A model generated the notes under the pieces. That model was not told where the DNA came from and did not search any database. It saw nothing but the letters and a program-made list of their open reading frames with translations. The position numbers and the translations under genes are program-made. A DNA stretch of 64,000 nt from Malacoraja senta (lineage: Eukaryota), in assembly GCA_038087875.1 (NCBI GenBank), contig CM075981.1, positions 682,001 through 746,000 of the forward strand, read 5' to 3'. Below, piece after piece: positions 11,101 through 22,550 of the stretch (positions within the stretch are counted from its first letter, which is position 1; every line of letters begins with the position of its first letter).

Positions 11101-11921
11101 TTACATTTCAGGAGTTGCAACAGACTTATGGATTTCGAGGAAATGATTTTTTCAGATATCTTCAACTCAGAGATTATGTAAAATCGAATACTCAAAATTT
11201 TCGAATTAGAAATTCAGAAATTCTTGATGAATGTTGGAATAAACATCCTAATACAGAAAAATTAATATCATATATATATAATATTTTATTAGACAGTAAC
11301 ATTCCATCGACGGACTTACACAGACAAACATGGGAAAAAGAATTAAATCAAATAATAACGAAAGATACTTGGGAAGAAAGTTTACAACACATACATCAAT
11401 GTTCATTAAATGCCAGATATTCTTTAATACAATTTAAAGTAATACATAGGTTACATTATTCAAAAACAAAATTACATAAAATCTTTCAACATATCTCACC
11501 TATATGTGATAAATGTCAACATTTAGAAGCTAACTTATCTCATATGTTTGCAAACTGTATAAAAATAAAAAAATTCTGGGTAAATATTTTCAGTATAATA
11601 TCTAAAGTGACCAGCACACAATTGGACCCGGATCCAAAACTAATAATACTCGGAACATTAGAATTAAATCAAACATTTACAACAACACAAAGACACTTTA
11701 TTGATTATAGTATAATAACGGGAAAAAAATTAATTCTAAAATTTTGGAAAGGCCCTATAACCCCCACAATCAAAATGTGGATTATAGAAATGACGGAGAC
11801 CTTAAATGTGGAAAGAATCAGATTTGCCCTGTTGGACAAACAGGAATTATTCGTTGGAACATGGTCTCCCTTTATTGATTATTTAAAGGGTCAGAATGGT
11901 TCAGCACAAGAACCTGACTAG
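8120..11921 (+). pseudogene. L1 ORF2 (APE endonuclease, RT, CCHC), several stops and frameshifts
   Basis: SWNVKG, FLQETH, GGDFN, GPDG, QGCPLSP, YADD and CDKC...H...C motifs spread over fragmented ORFs. Confidence 0.95.
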
Positions 11922-12241
11922 CACTCGGGCTAAAGAATGGATGAAATGTTATACTCTGAAATGTACGAATATATCTCGAACGAAGTTTTTTATCTTAATA
12001 AATGTTTCCATTCTTCTTTAACTATCTTTTTCTTCTCTGTTTTCTTTTTTTTTTCTTTCTTTACTTCATCTATCTTTTTAGTTCTATCTAGTTTAAAATT
12101 TTTTTTAAAAAAAGGCAAAAGGTATTGGAGACAATGTAATAATAATTGACGATATTATCAATTTAAAAATGTAAGACTGGTAATGATGATAATATGTTGT
12201 GTTTTATCTCCAATAAAAAATATTTTCAAAAAAAAAAAAAA

Positions 12242-15200
12242 TGTTTTTCTCATCTCAGTCCTAAAAGATTTCCCCTTTATCCTTAAACTGTGACCCCTTG
12301 TTCTGGACTTCCCCAACATCGGGAGCAATCTTCCTGCATCTAGCCTGTCCAACCCCTTAACAATGTTGTAAGTTTCTATAAGATTCCCCCTCAATCTTCT
12401 AAATTCTAGCGAGTACAAGCCGAGTCTATCCAGTCTTTCTTCATATGAAAGTCCTGACATCCCAGGAATCAGTCTTGTGAACCTTCTCTGTACTCCCTCT
12501 ATGGCAAGAATGTCCTTCCTCAGATTAGGAGACCAAAACTGTACGCAATACTCCAGGTGTGGTCTCACCAAGACCCTGTACAACTGCAGTAGAATCTCCC
12601 TGCTCCTATACTCAAGTCCTTTTGCTATGAATGCTCACATACCATTCGCTTTCTTCACTGCCTGCTGCACCTGCATGCCTACTTTCAATGACTGGTGTAC
12701 CATGACACCCAGGTTTCGTTGCATCTCCCCTTTTCCTAATTGGCCACCATTCAGGTAATAGTCTACTTTCCTGTTTTTGCCACAAAGTGGATAACCTCAC
12801 ATTTATCCACATTATACTGCATCTGCCATGCATTTGCCCACTCACCCAGCCTATCCAAGTCATCTTGCAGCCTCCTAGCACACTCCTCACAGCTAATACT
12901 GCCTGCCAGCTTCGTGTCATCCGCAAACTTGGAGATGTTGCATTCAATTCCCTCGTCCAAATAATTAATATATATTGTAAATAGTTGGGGTCCCAGCACT
13001 GAGCTTTGCGGTACCCCACTAGTCACTGTCTGCCCTTCTGAAAAGGACCCGTTTACTCCTACTCTTTGCTTCCTGTCTGCCAGCCAGTTCTCTATCCACA
13101 TCAATACTGAACCCCCAATACCGTGTGCTTTAAGTTTGTATATTAATCTCTTATGTGGGACCTTGTCGAAAGCCTTCTGAAAGTCCAGATATAACACATC
13201 CACTGGTTCTCCCTTATCCACTCTACTAGTTACATCCTAGAAAAATTCTATAAGATTCGTCAGACATGATTTACCTTTCATAAATCCATGCTGACTTTGT
13301 CCAATGATTTCACCATTTTCCAAATGTGCTGCTATCCCATCTTTAATAACTGACTCTAGCAGTTTCCCCACTACCGATGTTAGACTAACTGGACTGTAAT
13401 TCCCCGTTTTCTCTCTCCCTCCATTTTTAAAAAGTGGGGTTACATTAGCTACCCTCCAATCCTCAGGAACTACTCCAGAATCTAAAGACTAATCTTTCTC
13501 ATAGCCTACATGTTACCCTGGCCTGTTCCTACATCAAAACTAACTTAAAAATATCCATTGACCTTGCCTCCACACCCCTGCAATTTATCTGCAATAAATA
13601 GCTACATTAACCATATTACCTGATACAGCACCCCAAGTATTGTATAAGGATTGTATAATCACTTGCTTTTAGGATAGAATTATGCCAAACAGCAGAACTG
13701 GTTTTGTTTAAAAAGCTGTTTATTAACAAACATATTTTATTGGTTAACCTAAGCTGCTCTTGTCATTAGAGGTGAGAACAGTAATTAGTGATCAATTGAT
13801 ATAATAACCAGATGGGTCTTTCAAAAGCATCGTGTGATAGGAAAGATGTTGTCTAGCTGGAAAGGATACAGAGAAGATTTATGAGGATGTTGCCAGGATT
13901 ACATGGTCTGAGCTATAGTGAGGTTGAGTAGGCTGGGATTCTATTCCTTGGAGCGCAGAGGATGAGGGGTGATCTTATAGAGATGTATAAAATTACAAGA
14001 GGAATAGATTGGGTAGATGCACAGTGTCACTTTCCCCAGTGCAGGTGAATCGGGGACCAGAGGACATAGGTGTAATGTGAAGGGGAAAAGATTCAATAGG
14101 AATCTGAGGGGTAACTTTTTCACAGAAAGGGTGGTGGGTATATGGAACAAACTGCCAGAGGAGGTAGTGAGGCAGGGACTATCCCAATGTTTTAGATACA
14201 GTTAGATAGGGTACTTGGATAGGACAGGTTTGGAGGGATATGGGGCAAATGCGAGCAGGTGGAACTGGCCTGGGACATGTTGGCTGGTGTCGGCAAGTTG
14301 GGCAGAAGGGCCTGTTTCCACACTGAGTCACACTATGACTCTATGTGTATAGCAATTATTTTGGAAAAGAACTTCATGAAAGCATTTGAAGGGATTTCTA
14401 CTGTAAAACCAAGGTAATGTGTGTGTGTCTGAGGGTGAATCCAGAAGTTAACCCTCACTCTTGTTTAGGGAGTTTGTACGTTCTCCCCGCCTGGGTTTTC
14501 TCCGAGATCTTCAGTTTCCTCCCACACTCCAAAAACGTATCGGTTAGTTGGTTAGTTGGCTTGGTATAAGTATAAATAGTCCCCAGTGCATGTAGGATGT
14601 TAATGCGTGGGATCACTGTTCGGTGCGGACTCGGTAGGTGAAGGGCCAGTTTCCACGCTGTATCTCTAAACTAAACTAAACTAGTTTAGGTTTAAGAAAG
14701 AACTGCAGATGCTGGAAAAAACGAAGGTAGTAAAAAATGCTGGAGAAACTCAGCGGATGAGGCAGCATCTATGGAGCGAAGGAATAGGTGATGTTTCGGG
14801 TCGAGATCCTTCTTCAGACTGATGTGGAGGTGGGGGCGGGAGGCAGGAAGAAGAACGGAAGCGAAGGTGACAGTAGGCTGTGGGAGAGCTGGGAAGGGGA
14901 GGGGAAGGAGGGAGAAAGCAAGGACCACCTGAAATTGGAGAAGTCAATGTTCATACCACTGGGGTACACTACATATAGTAACTACACTACTACTAGTGTA
15001 GGTGGGCAGTTTGGTCAGCATGGTCAAGTTGGGAAGAAGGGCCTGTTTCTGCACTATATGACTCTATGAGTTTAACTCTGGTGCCAGTGTCCCACCCTGC
15101 TCTGCCCCACTCACCCTTCACCCTGGCACTGTGACATGTGGGTGGATTTGGACTTGACCATGGTTCTCCACACCTCACAGATCTGATAACCCACCCTGCA

Positions 15201-16000
15201 TACTGTCATAACAACCCTAACCCGTGGAACCAATGATTTGGTTTCAAAATATTTACACTGTTGTTCAAATCTTCTTATCAACCTCACAACTTCCTATTTC
15301 TCAAAAACAGACATATAATGCTGGAGTAACTCAATGGGTCAGGCAGCATCTCCAGAGAACATGGATAGGTGACGTTTTGGGTTCGGACCCTTCTTCAGGC
15401 TGATTGTAGTAGGGGGGAGAAAGCTGGGAGAGAGGTGGGGGAAGGATGAAGCCTGGCAAGTGATAGGTGGATACAGGTGAGGGAGAGAGGGTTACTGGCT
15501 GATGGGTGGACGAAGGCCAGAGATGGAAAGAAGATAAAAGGCTGTGAGATGGTGATATGAGATATGGAAGAGGCATGAAATGTGAAGCTGGAAGAAAGGA
15601 TATATATATATATATATAGATGTGGAAAGGGACGGAGATTAGTGGAAAAGATTGTTGTGGGTTAATTACTTAAAACTAGAAAATTCAATGTTCCCACCAT
15701 TGGGTTGCAATCTACTCGAGCGGACTATCAGATATCACTGCATCTGTACTTCCTTGTGTCTTCCTATTTCTCAACCTATTTTGTTGTGAGTTGCTCACAT
15801 TGTGTTGTCACACTGCTACACTGGTGATGGAGAGGCTTGTTCTGGGTGATATTTGTGGGGTTGGGTTTGCTGTAGGTGGAACTGCAACCACCCCCAGAGA
15901 CCCCAGTTGGATTCTGACCTCCGGCGCTATCAGTGTGGAGTTTGCACGTTCTCCCTGTGACCGCGTGGGTCTCCTCTGGGTGCTCCGGTTTCCTCCCACA
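12242..16000. repeat. Older internal duplicate of 1-~3500 (offset ~12512, ~2% diverged); begins with the CR1 remainder 12242-~13490(-)
   Basis: ORFs 251/12763, 2192/14692 and 3299/15791 are paralogous; about 14 differences in the first 700 bp. Confidence 0.93.
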
Positions 16001-17133
16001 TCCCTAATACATGCGAGTTTGTAGGTTAAATACCTCTGCAAGATTGTCGCAAATGTGTAGGGAATGGATGAGAAAGTGGGATAACAGAACTAGTGTATAC
16101 ATGTAGACAAAAATGTCAGAGAAACTCATCGTTTTTGTCTACCGCTTTTCCAGCATCTGCAGTTTCTTCTTAAACATAGTGTGTACAGGTGATCAATGGT
16201 CGGCATGGACTCGGTGGGCCAATGGGCCTGTTTCCATGCGGTATCTATAAACCAAACTAATTCTACCCTTATCACTTATGATCTTATGACAAAAATTCAG
16301 CATCTTTTATTACATTGGATTATTTTAATCATTATTCAATGTGCAGGGTTTTACACAACAATTCAATTGGTAGTAAAGTTAAAAGTTCACATTCTGGAGA
16401 GCCTGCTTTGAGTTCTAGTCTATGTACTGCTGTCTTTTGGGTGAATGTCAGGATGTACAGACGTGTCTGCAAACATAGGTACAGAATTCAGCCATTTTCT
16501 CCATCGAGTCTACTCCGCCATTCAATCATGGATGATCTATCTTTCCCCCTCCATCCCATTCTCCTGCCTTCTCCCCACAACTTTTGTCACCCTGAGTAAA
16601 CCTGTCAATCTCCAATTTAAAAATATCCATTGACTTGGCCTCCACAGCCATCTGTGGCAATGAATTCCAACAGATTCATCACCCTCTGGTTAAAGAAATT
16701 CCTCCTCAAGTGGTCAAGTTAGATTGGACATAGGTGGGGTGTGGTGATGCTGTAGGGTCAAGGTGATGAGATTTGTCCATCTGCAACTGGTGAACACCCT
16801 CTTTGGCCCTGAAAAGCTAAACGATGATTATTGGACGTCATTCCATCAGAACAACAATATTGATATAACGATTACCCTTAATTTTTATCTTATTGTTCTA
16901 ACGCGTGTCCAAGTTCAATACTTGTAATCATGTAACCATTTTTATATCCCCATTGCTCAATGGTTCAATGGTACTTGATTGTCTCATGCACATGGGTACA
17001 GTGAAATTTCTTTTGCATAGAATTCAGTACAAATCTTACTTTATATAAGCACAGCTGAAGCTAAGAACAAGATTGTATTAATAGCAGATTATATGATACA
17101 GTACACTAGAGTTGCCACATTTCTGGCAGTATC

Positions 17134-17140
17134 TTATATT
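17134..17140 (-). CDS. Gene 1 candidate terminal coding exon (R-I-stop), followed by putative 3'UTR
   Basis: tttaag|A ATA TAA is phase 2 and compatible with the TM exon; the paralog at 59494-59500 reads A AAA TAA with the stop in the same place. Alternative: 16448-16466 (R-H-V-C-T-S-stop). Confidence 0.5.
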
Positions 17141-17828
17141 CTTAAACATCAAATTGATAAAAAAGTATTGTCATATTTTGGGCTTAAAGTCTCGTTGTCG
17201 TGGGGACTGCACTGGGTGGGAGTTGCAGGGGTCGGCCTGGCCTGGCGATGTTGTTGGTGCCTCCACCGCCGCTCCGTGCCGCTGCAGGACGTGTCCGCTC
17301 CGCACGCTCGTCCCCGACCTCTGTGGGGCCTCCAGCGGCACCCGATCCACCGGCTGCTGCAGGGCCTCCAGCAGCCCACTCGCACTCCGCCCACACCTCG
17401 ACCAACCAACGCACCCTTTTCCCCTCACCTCCCACGCCGTCTCCCAGCCAGCTCACCGGCACTGTTCTTCTCCTCCCTCCACCGCTGCCGACCCCATCTC
17501 CAACATCTCGGCTGTTTTTTTCCTTGAATAACAATTAAAACGCAGTTTATAATCTCTACCATCAAATTTTACCCGAGGAAATGACCCAGGGCGGCACAGT
17601 GGCGCAGCGGTAGAGTTACTGCCTTACAGCGCCAGAGACCCGGGTTTGGCGCTGTAAGGCAGCGTGGGTTTTATCCGGGTGCTCCGGTTTCCTCCCACAA
17701 TCCAAAGACGTGTAGTTTTGTAGGTTAATTGGCTTCTGTATAATTGTAAATTGTCCCTCATGTGTAGGATAGTGCGAGTGTACGGGGTGATCATTGGTCA
17801 GCGCGGATTTGGTTGGCTGTAGGGCCTA

Positions 17829-20017
17829 CAGTGCCCTCCATAATGTTTGGGACAAAGACCCATCATTTATTTATTTGCCTCTGTACTCCACAATTTGAGA
17901 ATAGTAATAGAAAAAAAAATCACATATGTTAAAGTGCACATTTTCAGATTTTTATACATTTTGATTTCACCAGGTAGAAATTACAGCAGTGATTATACAT
18001 AGTCCAGTTCAGGGCACCATAATGTTTGGGACACAACAATGTCATGTAAATGAAAGTAGTCATGTTTAGTATTTTGTTGCATATCCTTTGCATGGAATGA
18101 ATGCCTGAAGTCTGAGATTCATGGACATCACCAGTTGCTGGGTGTCTTCTCTGGTGATGCTCTGCCAGGCCTGTATTGCAGCCATCTTTAGCTTATGCTT
18201 GTTTTGGGGGCGAGTCACCTTCGGTTTTCTCTTCAGCATATAAAAGGCATGCTCAATTGGGTTCAGAATGACTTGGCCACTCAAGAATTGACCATTTTTT
18301 AGCTTTGAAAAATTCCTTTGTTGTTTTTGCAATATGTTTGGAATCATTGTCTTGCTGTAGAATGAACCGTCAACCTCTAGCAGATAGGATGTCTCTATAC
18401 ATGTCAGAATTCATTATGCTACTACCATCAGCAGTTGCATTACCAAGGAAGATAAATGGGTCAGTACCTTCAGCAGCCATACATGCCCAGGACATAACAC
18501 CGCCACCACCGTGTTTCACAGATGAGGTGGTATACTTTAGATCTTGGGCAGTTCCTTCCCTCCTCCATACTTTGCTCTTGCCATTACTCTGATATGTTAA
18601 TCTTACATAGGTACATAGATACATAGAAAATAGGTGCAGGAGTAGGCCATTTGGCCCTTCGAGCCTGCACCGCCATTCAATATGATCATGGCTGATCATC
18701 CAACTCAGTATCCCGTTACCTGCCTTCTCTCCATACCCCCTGATCCCCTTAGCCACAAGGGCCACATCTAACTCCCTCTTAAATATAGCCAATGAACTGG
18801 CCTCAACTACCCTCTTTGGCAGAGAGTTCCAGAGATTCACCACTCTCTGTGTGAAAAAGTTTTTCCTCATCTCGGTCTTAAAGGATTTCCCCCTTATCCT
18901 TAAGCTGTGACCCCTTGTCCTGGACTTCCCCAACATCGGGAACAATCTTCCTGCATCTAGCCTGTCCAACCCCATAAGAATTTTGTACGTTTCTATAAGA
19001 TCCCCTCTCAATCTCCTAAATTCTAGCGAGTATAAGCCAAGTCTATCCAGTCTTTCTTCATATGAAAGTCCTGACATCCCAGGAATCAGTCTGGTAAACC
19101 TTCTCTGCACTCCCTCTATGGCTATAATGTCCTTCCTCAGATTTGGAGACCAAAACTGTACGCAATACTCCAGGTGTGGTCTCACCAAGACCCTGTACAT
19201 CTCATCTGTCCACAAGACCTTTTTCCAGCACTGTGGTTGCTCTTTTAAGTACTTCTTCGCAAACTGTAAGCCGGCCATCCTACTTTTGCGGCTAACCAGT
19301 GGTTTGCATCTTGCAGTGTAGCCTCCGTATTTATGTTCATGAAATCTTCTGCAGACAGTGGTCATTGACAAATCCACGCCTGACTCCTGAAGAGTGTTTC
19401 TGATCTGTCGGACAGGTGTTTGGGGTTTTTTTTTTTATAGAGATAATTCTTTTGTCATCTTGGCCTGATGTTTTCCTTGGCCTGCCATTCCCTTTGCGAT
19501 TAGTAAGCTCACCAGTGCTCTCTTTCTTCTTAATGATGTTCCAAACAGTTGATTTTGGTAAGCCTAATGTTTGGCTGATGTTTCTAACAGTTTTATTCTT
19601 GTTTCTCAGTCTCAGAATGGCTTCTTTGACTTTCATTGGCACAACTTTGGTCCTCATGTTGATAAACAGCAATAAAAGTTTCCAAATGTGATGGAAAGAC
19701 TGGAGGAAAGACTAGGTGCTGAGAGCTTTCTTATCCCTGCATTGAGGAGGCAATTAAACACACCTGAGCAATTACAAACACCTGTGAAGCAATGAGTCCA
19801 AAACATTATGGTGCCCTGAAATGGGGGGACTGTGTATAAACACAGCTGTAATCTCTACATGGTGAAACCAAAATGTATAAAAATACCCTTTAATAAAATC
19901 TGTCCATGTGCACTTTCACCACATGTGATTTTTTTCTATTACAAATCTCAAATTGTGGAATACAGAGGCAAATAAATAAATGAAGGGTCTTTGTCCAAAA
20001 CATTATGGAGGGCACTG
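17829..20017 (-). mobile_element. Tc1 (IR/DR type) DNA transposon, defective, containing a CR1 insertion
   Basis: TA target duplication, CAGTGCCCTCCATAATG termini, ~210 bp inverted repeats with an inner CCATAATGTTT direct repeat, transposase motifs VLWTDE, QQDNDSKH, NPIEH. Confidence 0.95.
18605..19199 (-). mobile_element. 5'-truncated CR1 inserted into the Tc1 transposase
   Basis: YRVLVRPHLEYCVQFWSP...RKNFFTQRVVNLWNSLP; acatag tail repeats; splits transposase between TDE and KIN. Confidence 0.93.
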
Positions 20018-20115
20018 TATGTCCACACTTTATCTCCAGAATTCTAAAGTAAATTCCCATCATTTCCAATTGAATTTAATGTCATCACCAGAGTGAAGAG
20101 ATTACAAACTTTTAC

Positions 20116-20223
20116 CTTTTAAAAGTTGTCACACAGCTGATGGAAACCGGGAAGAGAAGCAGAACTCCAAAGAGTACCCAGCGTGACACACCCCAAACAC
20201 GGCGAACATTCAACACGATGTCC
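20116..20223 (-). CDS. Gene 1 transmembrane exon (108 nt, phase 2 to 2): RDIVLNVRRVWGVSRWVLFGVLLLFPVSISCVTTFK
   Basis: ttccag| acceptor, AAAAG|GTAAAA donor, hydrophobic helix containing Arg; phase-compatible with the stalk exon. Confidence 0.88.
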
Positions 20224-21148
20224 CTGGAAATCCAAGGAAATATTATTACTTCCACACAGAGTTATCAAAGATCAACGCTGGGAGATTATTTCCATCATAT
20301 TGCACACGGAATCATTCAGTGTGATCCAAGGTTGTGGCGTAGACATTGGTAAGATGTTTATATCGCAACATGCACCCATTCCTTGGAGGTGTTCCATGAC
20401 TACATACATTGACAACTTAGATGTTCATGTTGGTGGTCAGACATAGAGCATGAAAACATGTCCTTGGACCTAATTTCCCCACGCCGACCAAGATGTCCTT
20501 ATCGACACTATTCCCATCTGCCGGCCTTAGATGTTATTGTTGGAAGTATGATTAACGTGTTTACAGATTACACCAAAATTGTAGCATTTTGGATAGTACG
20601 ATAATCATAGACCACAGAGGGATAAGAAGCAACTGGTATGTTGGGCAGAGCAATGCCAGCCGGTATTGAACCATGATAAGTGTGAAGTTATTTGTTTTTG
20701 GCATCAAATAAGGGTAGACATTCACAATGGTAGGGCCACTGGGTGTACTAAGGACAGAGGGACTTTAATCAAGGCCAATGACTATTTATCAATGGACTGG
20801 AATGTGATCAGCCACGCTTTCTCAAAGTACTGGGCATGATTTTACTAACAATAGGATACGATCCTACCGGACTACTGGTGCTGTCAGTACATAGTTTGTA
20901 TGTTCTCCCTGTGATCACAAGAGTTTACTCTGGGTTCTCCAGTATCCTCCCACATTCCAAAGACATGCCGGTTTGTAGTAAATTGCCCCTAGTATGTAGA
21001 ACAGAACTAGTGTATGGGGTGATCGCTGATCAGAGCGGACTCGGTGGGCCAAAGGGTCCATTTCCACGCTGTATCTTTTAACTGAGCTGAACTGAACTTA
21101 ACTAATTTGTTCTCAGGTGAGGCTGAGTTGGCTCTTCGAGTTACTAAC

Positions 21149-21233
21149 CTGTTTGGAGGTGTTGAACCAAGAGACTCAGTGGAACTTGCTGCCTCGGTGG
21201 TGATGATCATATCTGGGCGGCTTGTTTGAGACC
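21149..21233 (-). CDS. Gene 1 stalk exon (85 nt, phase 1 to 2): GSQTSRPDMIITTEAASSTESLGSTPPN
   Basis: ctttatctccacaag| acceptor, AACAG|GTTAGT donor, S/T-rich; bridges V (phase 1) to TM (phase 2). Confidence 0.87.
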
Positions 21234-22550
21234 CTTGTGGAGATAAAGTGAATGAAGTTTTTGAACATTAAATGTCTGAGAGCACGTCCTGTGCCTCTTT
21301 AGTGAGGTGTGGGAGATGCCTCAGTTGGGAATGCTCTTGCTCTGTGTGGGGAGATTCCTGGGTTCAAATCCGACTCCACACATTTGGGCAAAGATCCTTC
21401 TGAGGCCACCATAGATGGACCAAGCCTCTTGATCTAGACAGGAGGCTCACCCATTAAGATGCCACCGGATGGTCGCAAGCATTCATTGACTTCTTTCATG
21501 CCCTTCAGAGTCCCACAGGCTGTGTTGTCTGCCTGCTGCTGGAGTTAGGCAAGTGTCTTCTACGTTGGAGAAGAACTTGGGAGTGGGAGGATCCATGGAC
21601 TATTTTCATTACGTGGACTGAATTGAAAATAATGCAATTTGGTTGGAGGTATCTACCTGAAACATTAAGTCTCGTCTCTCTCCATAAATGCTGCCCGACC
21701 CGTTGAGTATTTCATCTTGTACAGTTTGTGTGGCTCAGTGTAAAGTCTATATCACTCACATCATGCGGATTCTTAGTTCATAAGTTCATAAATAATAGGG
21801 GCAAAATTAGGCCATTTGGTCCATTGAGTCTACTCCGCCATTTAATCATGGCTGATCTATCTCTCCCTCTCAACCCCATTCTCCTGCCTTCTCCTCATAT
21901 CGCTTGACATGCGTACTAATCAAGAACATGTCAATCTCCACTTAAAATACCCAATGACTTGGCCCTCATTGGAAACATGGTAAAAGCTTTTCCCTGTACC
22001 TCAGTACAGGCGACAACAATAAACTGAGCTCATGAATCACCATAGTTTGTGAGACACAAGGAATTGCAGGTGTTGGAATCTTGAGCAATACACAAAGTGC
22101 TGGAGTAACTCAGCAAGTCAGGCAGCATCTGTGGATGGAATGAATAGACGATGTATAGGCTTGGGACCCTTCTTCAGATGTTGTGTGTGTGGTGGGTGTG
22201 ACATTGACGGGAAGGGGGAGAGGGTGAGGGGGTGGTTCCACCCCCCCTGCTCCAGTGAGGGGGCACCAGAGGTTCTGGTCCCGGAGAGATCGTGTTTGGG
22301 GAAATGAACCGTCAGCAGCAGGACCGCCGGTCCCCATTGATGAGATCCCCCCCACCCCCCACACTGCTCCTGGGACAGTGGGATCTTGGTGTGGCCCCAT
22401 GCAGCGGGTCCCCACTACCCCCCCTCACCTCCCCCCAAACTCCACCCCCCCCACGGACCCCCGGGGATGTGGCACCGTCAGGACCGAGGCCGGGAAATCC
22501 CAGGCTGGAATTTTCACATCTGGGGGAGTGAGGAGAGATCGTCAACGTAC

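Larger units (their letters stand above)
5841..12241 (+). mobile_element. Full-length L1-clade LINE (~6.4 kb), disabled
   Basis: 5' GACTTCCGGTGGCGC start, ORF1, ~1.06 kb AT-rich spacer, ORF2 EN-RT-CCHC, AATAAA and A14 tail, ~40 bp flanking duplication. Confidence 0.96.
1..22410. repeat. Recent tandem segmental duplication, copy A (partner 32366-~54775; offset 32365-32366)
   Basis: ORF track repeats at +32366 (e.g. 228/32594, 6206/38571, 18370/50736); only about 20 scattered differences seen by eye. Confidence 0.97.

Noticed and set aside
5841-12241. Active L1
   Set aside because: ORF1 has a frameshift and a premature stop, and ORF2 has several stops and frameshifts shared by both copies.
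17093-17538. Six overlapping ORFs in the GC-rich block
   Set aside because: Expected from stop-codon scarcity at high GC; no domain or splice support.
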